A DNA stretch of 64,000 nucleotides from Tubulanus polymorphus. Taxonomy: Eukaryota > Animalia > Nemertea. Shown piece by piece: positions 51,331-61,149 of this stretch; within the stretch, counting starts at the first letter, position 1; each line of letters opens with the position of its first letter. Position numbers and translations under genes: made by a program. Location: NCBI RefSeq assembly GCF_964204645.1, contig NC_134025.1, forward strand, positions 13,950,001 through 14,014,000, written 5' to 3'. The notes beneath the pieces are model-generated. The model searched no databases and had not been told where the DNA came from. It saw only the letters and a program-made list of their open reading frames with translations.

Positions 51331-51941
51331 TATTTTATAAATTTATATTCATAGGGAAATTGAAGTCTCAGTAATAATTTTGAACCTTTATTATTCTTTA
51401 ATTTATTCATATATTCATCATGTAATTCAGTAGGTATAATTTGATTTTCTTCCAATGATTGTTGCATAGATTTTCTATCTTTGTTATAAAATAAAACTAG
51501 AAATCTTATATTCTCCCTAAAGTCTTTAACAATTGAATTATATTTTTGATTTAAAACCCACGTTGTTATCCCAAAATGTCTTCCAGAGAAAGCTAAATAA
51601 CATAAGTCACTTTCTCTAACTTTTGAATCATGTAAATTTGCACAATCATCTATAATGAATAATGTATTTGATCCTTTATAAATATCTAATGCTATTTTTA
51701 TACAATTATCTAAATTTTCTTTTACTGTTTTAGGATCTAATATAATAAACTTTTTCGTCTTAACTATATCTCTATTATATGTTTTATTCATTTCATAAGT
51801 AGGACAAAATAATATTATATTATCAAAATGATTCTTATAAATAGTTTCTAACAAGTCTAATATGAAATGTGTTTTACCACAGTTTGTTACTCCAGTAACT
51901 AACATATTATGCGGTTCAAATATAAATAAATCTTTATTCAT
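51330..51941 (-). CDS. A32-like (FtsK-HerA) packaging ATPase, intact
   Basis: Walker A GVTNCGKT, Walker B LFIIDD, arginine finger SGRH, conserved Q (VLNQ), REN motif. Confidence 0.92.
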   Translation of the reverse strand: MNKDLFIFEPHNMLVTGVTNCGKTHFILDLLETIYKNHFDNIILFCPTYEMNKTYNRDIVKTKKFIILDPKTVKENLDNCIKIALDIYKGSNTLFIIDDCANLHDSKVRESDLCYLAFSGRHFGITTWVLNQKYNSIVKDFRENIRFLVLFYNKDRKSMQQSLEENQIIPTELHDEYMNKLKNNKGSKLLLRLQFPYEYKFIK

Positions 51942-53023
51942 TTATTCTTTTAATTTTACTAGATAAAATCCATTCATTAAATTTATCATCGTATCCTTTA
52001 TATTTCACCAAAGAATACTTTTTTCCTTTAAGAGTTTTTGTTTTCAATACTTTTTCTATTTTGTATTCTATTTCATCTGGATTTGGTACAAGTGATAATT
52101 CTTGTTCATAGAAATAACCTAATATTTCTTCATCTTTTAAATCTTCTAATTTAGAAACAAATGGTTTAGTTAATATTATCTTTTTAATTTTAAATATTTC
52201 TTCTGTAAAATTTGGGGTATAACCTTTATAAAATGTTTTTCTATATTTAGATATTCTTACGTGTTGTCCAATTTTAAATTTAGGTTCTCCGAAATCATGT
52301 GTAACAAACGCTCCATATAAATTATTCCAAACTATTTCTGAATTATCTTCTTTTCTAGCTTGTATAGGTTTCATATTTATAGAACTATGTTTAGAATTAT
52401 TATAACCTTTCACTAAATCATCTAATACATCGATATATTTATGTTTCATTAGCAGTAAAATATTTCCACATTCTAGTTTTCAATGTTTTATTAAATCTTT
52501 CTATAATAGATGCTTTTTTATCTGAGTGTGTTGAAAAATAATCTACATCGTTATCAGATAATAGTTTTTTGAAATGTTTGTTGTAGAATTCCTTACCTTC
52601 ATCAAATTGTATCTTATCTGGAATAGCTTCTTTAAATATTGATTTAAAAGCATTTGTTACTTCTATTCCAGTTTTATTTTTGATTGGAATTGACCATGCG
52701 TATCGACTGAATATGTCTATAACATTCAATATCCAGAAATATCCTTTGTTGTATTCTTCTAAGTTCTTCATGTCAATTAAATCTGCTTGCCATTGTTGAT
52801 CGATATATGAAACCATAACTTTTCTTGTTAAATAAGTTTTATCCATTTTCTTATGGATTTGATATGTTGGTTGATTTTGTAACCATGATTTTAATTCACT
52901 ATATCTTATGTCACCATTTTCATTATCAGATTTAATTTTATTTCATAATTCTGTAACGTTAGAATATGATACTTCACTTTCTGGGTTATAATATAAATCT
53001 CTTAAATATTGTTCTTTTTTCAT
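51934..53023 (-). pseudogene. Retrovirus-like (rve) integrase with C-terminal chromodomain, frameshifted
   Basis: WQADLIDM, IDIFSRYAW, QFDEGKEF, ASIIERFNKTLK; chromo-like IEKVL...YSLVKYKGYDDKFNEWI. Confidence 0.93.
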
Positions 53024-53029
53024 CTTATT

Positions 53030-53389
53030 TTAATCCATTAATAATAATTTAGATTTAGTTTCAATGGTTTTATGATTTGACTTATTTCTGGTATAATAGG
53101 TTTATTGTCATTGGAATCATATTTATCATCAGATTTGAATTTTGATTTATATATTACACCGGATAATATAATAACTGTTACTAATCCAATTGTAATATAT
53201 AATTTATAATTACTTCCAGCATTAGAAGAATTAGATGGATTATTATTTGAATCAATATCAGGTGATTCATTTATATCAGTTAATTTCTTTTTCTTAGCTT
53301 TTTTTTAATTCTGAAGATCTTTTACCTAATTCTCTTGCCCATTTAATTTGTTTCTCGGATCTAGGCTTCTTCTTGACATCATCACTCAT
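53030..53389 (-). pseudogene. Small basic single-TM protein (homolog of 62724-63119), frameshifted
   Basis: Aligns by eye with the intact 131-aa ORF of element 3. Confidence 0.7.
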
Positions 53390-53978
53390 TTATTTTAGTT
53401 AATTTTTGTTCTGATTCATTTTCTGTTTCGCCGTTTGGTTGTAGTACATCTGTTTCGTTCTTACCTGATTTACATTCCATAGGCTTGATGTTCGAAAATG
53501 TAATGACGCCAGTAGAAATTAATGTCATAACCGATCCTAATTGAAATGAAGCATAACCAACCCATTTTTGTAATTCAGTCATAACTAAGTAGTCATTTTT
53601 CAAATCACTATATAATTTATTTTCATCATCAATTGGTATTAACCGGTTACAAAATTTTGAATAACATTTGACAATACCATCTGAAATAGAATCATTTATT
53701 CTAGCTAATCTTGCTTCTTCATAAATCTTAAAATATTTTATTACTTTATCTGGTTTCATAGAGTCTAATTCTTGAAAAGTAATAATTCTATTTAAAAACT
53801 CTTTAGATTTTCCGCCAGCAATTAGTAATTCAAGATGGTGTTTACAATATAAATAGTATTCATAATCTATATTACAATTAACTTGAATAGAAACAACTGG
53901 ATCCTTAGTATCACTAATACCCAAATCATCTAATGTCTTTTCAATATCAATACTATTCTTATTAGATTTCTTTGACAT
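53382..53978 (-). CDS. Polinton hypothetical protein, 198 aa
   Basis: Intact in elements 1 and 3 (62129-62731); TAAATG start; hydrophobic patch near the C-terminus. Confidence 0.8.
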   Translation of the reverse strand: MSKKSNKNSIDIEKTLDDLGISDTKDPVVSIQVNCNIDYEYYLYCKHHLELLIAGGKSKEFLNRIITFQELDSMKPDKVIKYFKIYEEARLARINDSISDGIVKCYSKFCNRLIPIDDENKLYSDLKNDYLVMTELQKWVGYASFQLGSVMTLISTGVITFSNIKPMECKSGKNETDVLQPNGETENESEQKLTKINE

Positions 53979-54302
53979 TTATATTAGAGAAATTTAATAA
54001 GAAAAATATTATAAGTATTCTGATACTAGATAGTTAAAGTTAAAGAATTCTAGTATTGACTACTGATACTAGCTATTTGAATTTAAAGAATTTCTATTTG
54101 AATCTATTCAAAATATAAAGTATTCTCTTTTTGAAAAGAAAATATTAAAAATATAATAGAATTCACTAGCTAGTTGAAGTTATTGTTTTTTTAATATATT
54201 TTATTTGAATTCTATTTGATATCACCATGTGGATGCCGTACGGCACCATCTCACTACTTTTGTTTATCTATTAGGAGCAGTAATTATAACTGTCCAGATA
54301 AG

Positions 54303-54980
54303 TCATTTCGGATCCTTGATATCAAATTCCTCAACGTATTGTTCATTATTTGGATCATTGTTCCATTGATCAATAAATTTCTTTGCCTTTGTTAACTGTT
54401 CTAAATATAACTGTAAATCTAGTTTATTAGATTTTATTTTATTTTCTTCCTTTTCAAGAGGTCTTAAATTTTTCCAATTCCAAATAAGTTTTTTATTGTA
54501 TTCATCATTCATGTTAAATTTAGATATTGGTAACACGTGATCAATATGGTAATAATCCCCATAATTATCTATATTCATTTTATCATCGAATTGATATATT
54601 ATCCATGATTTGAAAAATTCATCTGAACAACCCAATAAATTAGATAGTGTTTCTGAATGCGTTTCTTTGTTGAATAATTGTGTTAATCTAGATCTTAAGC
54701 ATTGTTTCAATCTAAAATTAAGATCTTTTTGATATCTTTCTCTCATATATTCTGCCATAAAATAATTATAATGTTCTATATTATCTTCTCGGTATTGTTT
54801 GGTATATAGTTTAAAACAAGTTTTACAGCAATATTGAAAACCATCTTTGCTAATCTTACGCTTACTAAATTATGTTAAAGCTAATTTATCTAATTCACAC
54901 TTAGAACACTTCTTGTAGTATATATTTATGACGCCAGTGTTATTTGTAATATTGATAATTTGTGGTTGTTCTGGTTCCAT
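54303..54980 (-). pseudogene. Zn-finger plus HNH-like endonuclease, N-terminal part disrupted
   Basis: CSKC...CKTC; HIDHVLPISKF...NWKNLRPL...N..KSNK; internal TAA near 54870. Confidence 0.8.
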
Positions 54981-55089
54981 TTATTATATGTATTTTTTAC
55001 TAAATTGGTTAATATTTTAGAATCCTCTTCCATTTCTTCGACCAACGTCATCCTTTTTCATTCCTCGCTCTAAATCATACCAGTTACAA

Positions 55090-55430
55090 TACCCGCGTCA
55101 CATGCGGACATACAGGCGCGCTTTTGCTTAATGCGCATGCGTTAATCATAATTATATATTCATTCTATAAATTCTGTAAAATAGAAACAACACATGCGTT
55201 ACATGCGTCACATGCGGCCATTTATGGCCGGTTTTGCTTAATGCACATGTTTTAATCATAATTATATATTCTTTCTGTAAATAGAAACAACTGAACACAT
55301 AAGATATCAAAACGTGTTCGCATTAGGCAAGACCGGGCATTCAAGCCCGGTTTGGATCAATGCGCATGCGCTAATCATAATTATATATTAATTATGTAAA
55401 TTCTGTAAAATAGAAACGACCGAACATAGA
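55090..55430. repeat. Intergenic array of about three ~110-130-bp repeats with GC-rich palindromes
   Basis: ttgcttaatgcgcatgcgttaatcataattatatatt and ggccatttatggcc recur; homologous to 60700-61015. Confidence 0.8.
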
Positions 55431-55523
55431 ACATTCACCAAGCAGATTTACACAATACATATACAAGTATGTTCGGTCGTTGTATTGACAAAATTTATAG
55501 TTTCAACTAAAACATTATTTTAT

Positions 55524-56245
55524 TTATAATTCCAACCAGAACTTTTCAATTTCTGGATCATTGTCAAGCATTTTTTCAATTTCTGGCATATATCTGATTA
55601 CTTCACTAAATGACAAACTTAATAATTGGAATCTTTTATATCTAAATAATCTACCTACGCTTCTTAATTTTCTTTCATGTCTGGAACTAATACTTATATA
55701 TTTTTTTAACCAAGAAGCCCAAGAAATCCCTGCAGTTTGTTTATTAAACATTAAAAATCCCATATTTAAACAATCCCCGAAAATGATATAATCCCATAAA
55801 TGCTTTGCTTTTTTACATAACAAGGTTCTATAATTTTTTTTCAATAAAACAGTTATTTCATTAAATGATGTTACACCTTTCTTTAAAACTTACATCTTTT
55901 TCATTTGATAATTTTGATTTTAAAAACTTATTTAACTCATTTCCGCTCATTTTCTTTTTAGTTTTTGTTCCTTTTAGTCTTAACAATATTTCTACATTGG
56001 TTGTTGGTCTTTTCGGTAATGATGTTACGCTAGATTGCTGGTTTTCTATTATTTTTTCTAAAATTAATGTCATGATGGTAATATAAATGTTTTTTAACTT
56101 CTTCTAACGTTTCATCTTCTGTATCGAAAGATTCTTTTACTTCAGTACCCATGTCCATTGGTTCGTCTTCCACCATTTCGGTTGGTTCATCTTCCATTTC
56201 GATTGTCCTCTGAGAATTAAGAGTACTTCTTGATACAAACGACAT
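55524..56245 (-). pseudogene. First gene of the right arm, hypothetical, frameshifted
   Basis: Three abutting ORF fragments (acidic N-terminus; C-terminal WASWLKKYISIS.RHERKLR.V.RL). Confidence 0.55.
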
Positions 56246-56837
56246 TTTATTCAACTAAACGATATCAGCGGTAGAACAGGAACCGCGATATTAAATGATA
56301 TAAATATTTTCAAGTCTATCGTTTCTAATTATTATAACTTATTATAGTTCAAGTTATTATCTATCTAACGTAAAATAGAATTAACTGTATGAAGTTGTAG
56401 TTGTCAAAAGCACTTAAAGGTCTCATATTTAATAGCCCTAATAACTACAAAAAACAGTACTTACATTTAGATTTATAATTGTAAACTATAAACTCCTAAT
56501 TTCGTTTCGATAGATAGAATATCCTGAGCACAATGTAACAGCGTCTGTTCATTTCCGGGGCGATTTCTAGAATGACACGTCGTTGATTATTATACGTCAT
56601 CTGGTTCCGGCACACCTTTCTAGAATATTCTACACGTTTCTGATTATGACATGTCATCTCTATTCAGAGTTCCAGCACACCTTTCTAGAATTTTCTATAC
56701 ACGTTTGCAATAATGATTCATATGTCTCGGCGTCATAGTAACAGCTGTAACAGCTGTGAATTTATAGATTTATTCAATAGTTCATTACATGAAATGTATA
56801 TAGGCTCAAATAGAATCATGTTCTAGTATAAACAGCT

Positions 56838-57313
56838 ATGCATTATTTCAATCACACTTTACTAACACTTTTAATGTTTAAACATCTAACTCACACAAAT
56901 ATGAATATTGAAATAATGTTGTAAATATATACTTTTATATCTATTCTATAAGAGCTCACACTTTACTCACACTTTTATATTGAATAATCTATCAATTTAT
57001 ATGTTATTCATATATATTTTATTCATGTATATACATATTTTAAGAGTAATAGGGATAATGGGCTTTCATATCAAAGGTTGAAAGGGCTAGTGAGTAAAAA
57101 ATGAAAAATATGAAAATAATAATAATTTCTATTTGAATTAGGAGTGAAACTCATATAAAATGAAAAATAAATTCGAGTGTGCGAGAATTATTTTTCATTT
57201 TATATGAGTTTCGCTACTAATTCAAATAGAAATTGTTATTATTTTCATATTTTTCATTTTTTATGAGCTCGACCTTTCGACCTTTGGTATGAAAGCCCAT
57301 TATCCCTATTACT
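56838..57313. repeat. Right TIR of element 1, including a 269-bp terminal palindrome (57045-57313)
   Basis: agtaatagggataatgggctttcata...tatgaaagcccattatccctattact, centred near 57178. Confidence 0.92.
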
Positions 57314-57681
57314 ATCTTCTACTCGATCAAAGAAGAGGAAAATGAGGACTGCAATGACAAGATACAGAAATTCATAGAAAATGATCTAGGAATTGCGGAC
57401 TTCAAACCGGTACTCGATCGAGTACACAGATTGGGAGGACATAAACGCGGAAAAACCAGACCGATAGTAGCGAAATTCCATAAATACACCGACAAGGAAA
57501 GAGTTCTTAGCGCAGGTCGTAATCCGACTGGATCAACCTCGTTTGGAATGTCCGAACAAATTCCAAAAGAATGGCAGGATCGGAGAAAATCGCGAATGGG
57601 TGAATATCGGGATGCGAAAAAGAATGGTTATAAAGTGAAATTCGTTAGAGATAAACTAATCTTAAACGGTAAAGAAGTGTT
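57314..57681 (+). pseudogene. L1/Tx1-like ORF1, C-terminal part (RRM/CTD), cut off by element 2
   Basis: IFYSIKEEENEDC...LDRVHRLG...RPIVAKF...MSEQIPKEWQDRRK...VRDKLILNG; continues 38729-39087. Confidence 0.85.
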
Positions 57682-59118
57682 AGTAATAGGGGTAATAGGT
57701 CAAAGGTCGAAGGGTCGAGCTCGTAAAAAATGAAAAAAACAATAATTTACAGTTGAATTAGTCGCGCACACTCCTAATTCAACTGGAAATTATTGTTATT
57801 TTCATTTTTTACTCACTCGCCCCTTCAACCTTTAACCTGAAAGCCTATTACCCCTATTACTCTTAAGATATTCACATATACATGAATAACATTTAAATTG
57901 ACAGATTATTCAATATAAAAGTGTAAGCTCTTATAGAATATATTGATAGATATATTTACAACATTATTTCAATATTCATATTTGTATGAGTTAGATTTTT
58001 AAACATTAAAAGTGTTAGTAAAGTGTGATTGAAATAATACATGATATAAATCATTGAACTTCTAAAATCAATTTAGTAAAAAAATATGTATAATAGATGG
58101 AATCAGAACAACCACAAACTATAAATATTACAAATAACACTGTTGTCATAAACATATACTACAAGAAGTGTTCTAAATGTGAATTAGATAAATTAGCTTT
58201 AACAGAATTTAGTCAGCGTAAGATTAGCAAAGATGGTTTTCAATATTGCTGTAAAACTTGTACTAAACTATATACCAAACAATATCGAGAAGATAATAGA
58301 GAAGCTTACAATGATTATATGACAGAATATATGAGAGGAAGATATCAAACAGATCTTAATTTTAGATTAAAACAATGCTTAAGATCTAGATTAACACAAT
58401 TATTCAACAAAGAAACGCATTCAGAAACACTATCTAATGCATTGGGTTGTTCAGATGAATTCTTAAAATCATGGATTATATATCAATTCGATGATAAAAT
58501 GAATATAGATAATTATGGTGAATACGTTCATATTGATCACGTGTTGCCGATTTCTAAATTTGACATGAATGATGAATACAATAAAAAACTTATTTGGAAT
58601 TGGAAGAATCTAAGACCTTTAGAAAAGAAGGAAAATATAATTAAATCTAATAAACTAGATTTACAGTTATATTTAGATCAACTGGATAAAGCAAAGACAT
58701 TTGTTGAATTATGGAATAGTATTTCACAGAATCAACCGCATTCTGAGGTTTTAATCAGTGGTTAGAAAGCCGGCAATTCTATTTGAGCTTTGTATGTATA
58801 TAATACATAGCTCTTGTTTACTACTAAAACATATGTTGCCAAATATATCTTGTTTTCAATTCTAAAGAATTAATTAACTTCATCATAAAGAACATCTGTT
58901 ACAATCCAGGCAAACGTGCAGAAATAATTAGTTTGGTCGAACGTGCGCCACGTCGGCAGTTAGAAATCAACTTTCACATACATAGTACGTATTGGATATT
59001 CTCTCTCAAAACACAGTTTACAGTTCTAAATCTAAGTGTAAGTACCGTTTTTGTAGTTATTATGAAGTAGGGAAACCTTTAAACATATTTAAGTACAGTA
59101 ATTCATTTTCACGACATC
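57682..59118 (+). mobile_element. Polinton-family element 2: left end plus intact HNH gene, interrupted by element 3
   Basis: Starts AGTAATAGGGGTAATAGG; 180-bp hairpin 57682-57861; TIR homologous to 39130-39370; the other end is not in the window. Confidence 0.85.
58097..58765 (+). CDS. Zn-finger plus HNH-like endonuclease, intact 222 aa
   Basis: CSKC/CKTC and HIDHVLPISKF...NLRPL...N..KSNK. Confidence 0.85.
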   Translation: MESEQPQTINITNNTVVINIYYKKCSKCELDKLALTEFSQRKISKDGFQYCCKTCTKLYTKQYREDNREAYNDYMTEYMRGRYQTDLNFRLKQCLRSRLTQLFNKETHSETLSNALGCSDEFLKSWIIYQFDDKMNIDNYGEYVHIDHVLPISKFDMNDEYNKKLIWNWKNLRPLEKKENIIKSNKLDLQLYLDQLDKAKTFVELWNSISQNQPHSEVLISG

Positions 59119-60699
59119 AGTAATAGGGGTAATAGGCTTTCAAGCCAAAGGTCGAACGGTCGAGCTCGTAAAAAATGAAAAAACATAAAGATAATAACAA
59201 TTTCTACTTGAATTACTCGCGAAACTCATAAAAATGAAAAATAAATTCTCACACGCTCGAATTTATTTTTCATTTTTATGAGTTTCACTCCTAATTCAAG
59301 TAGAAATTGTAATTATTTTCATGTTTTTCATTTTTTACTCACCCGCCCGTTCAACCTTTAACCCGAAAGCCTATTACCCCTATTACTCTTAAAATATTCA
59401 TATATATATGAATAAAATATAAATCATTGAACTTCTAAAATCAATTTTAATAAAAAATTTAGTATTAAAATGGAAGCAAATAAATACTACTGCCCAACAT
59501 GTAATATCGATATAGATAAATCCCAAAAAGCAAGACACAATAAAACTAGAACACATTTGTTTTTAGTCCAGTTGGTTAAAGCAAAGACATTTATCGAATT
59601 ATGGAACTCAACACATAGTGAAAAATACGTTGAATCGTTATAAACGCCCGATAATACTCAGCTATATAGTTGGTTGTATTAGCTCTAGTAAACATATGTT
59701 ACCAGCTTATATTTCAATTGTAAAGAGTTAATTAATTTCATTGATCTAAATGCCTTTATTATTGATTTTTTTTTTCAACTATATTTACAAGTCTCAACGT
59801 GTTGTGTATTATACATCATACAGCGGACGTTAGCGAATCACAAATCTCATAATTTACAAGTCTCAACGCGCTTTTTAGATGTTTCTGGACAATTAAGCTC
59901 TAACCAATCAAAAGTCTCTTAATTCGCAAGTCTCAACACACTTGTTCTAGATGTTTCTGAGCATAGAATAGTATAAATAGGCGCGCACATCAGACGCTTA
60001 ACAGAGCTATAGAATAAATCTATAAATTTACAGCTGTTACAGCTGTTACTCGCCGAGATATTATGAATCATTATTACAAACATGCAGAGAATATTCTAGA
60101 AAGGCGCGCCGGAACTAGATGACGTGGCATAATCAACGACGTGTTCATTCTAGAAATCGCCCCGGAAATGGACATACGCTGTAATATTGTGCTCAGGATA
60201 TTCTATCTTTCGAAACGAAATTAGGAGTTTATAGTTTACAATTATAAATCTAAATGTAAGTACTGTTTGTTGTAGTTATTAAGGTTATTAAATATGAAAC
60301 CTTTAGATATATTTAAGTGTATTTAGTATATCTTTTAGATAGCTAGAGTTACCGCTAATATCTTTTAGATTAATAAAAAGTCATACACATCAAGAAGCGA
60401 TAGAGAAACTCAAGATACTCTTTCTACCTGAGGAATCAACAGCAATGGATATCAAACCAATAGAATCGCCAAAAGATCGACGAAGAAACTATATAAGAAT
60501 TTCAAAAACATTAAGACTCCAATGATTAAGTTTATCATTTGTTGATGTAGTTAAATATTTACCAGCAATTGAAAAAATGTTTGTAATTATAAATTGTATT
60601 TATAGAAATCAAATGATGTATTAGAAGAAATGACTGAACAACTTGTATAATGTATTGTGTAAATCTGATTTGTGAATTTTTATGTTCAGTCGTTTCTAT

Positions 60700-61015
60700 T
60701 ATGATTAACACATGTGCATTAAGCAAAACCGGCCATAAATGGCCGCATGTGACACATGTAACGCATGTGACGAGGGACAGGGACATGAATGCGTTTGAAT
60801 TTTCTATGTTCAGTTGTTTCTATTTTACAGAATTTATAGAATGAATATATAATTATGATTAACACATGTGCATTAAGCAAAACCGGCCATAAATGGCCGC
60901 ATGTGACGCATGTAACGCATGTGTTGTTTCTATTTTACAGAATTTATAGAATGAATTTATAATTATGATTAACGCATGCGCATTAAGCAAAACCGGCCAC
61001 AAATGGCCGGCCGCT
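60700..61015. repeat. Three palindrome-rich intergenic repeats in element 3
   Basis: tatgattaac(a/g)catg(t/c)gcattaagcaaaaccggcca(t/c)aaatggccg at ~60700, ~60855 and ~60964. Confidence 0.85.
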
Positions 61016-61149
61016 TGTATTATTTAGATATCAAGGAATCGAAACAACTTATCAAAAGCAACGAAGAATGAAAAAGGATGACGTTGGTCGAAGAAATGGA
61101 AGAGGATTATAAAATATTAACCAATTTAGTAAAAAAATATGTATAATAA

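Larger units (their letters stand above)
39088..57313 (+). mobile_element. Polinton/Maverick (adintovirus-like endogenous virus), full length 18,226 bp (element 1)
   Basis: TIRs starting AGTAATAGGGATAATGGGCTTTCATACCAAAG; 6-bp TSD ATCTTC (39082-39087, 57314-57319); pPolB, capsids, ATPase and integrase; markedly more AT-rich than the flanks. Confidence 0.97.
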
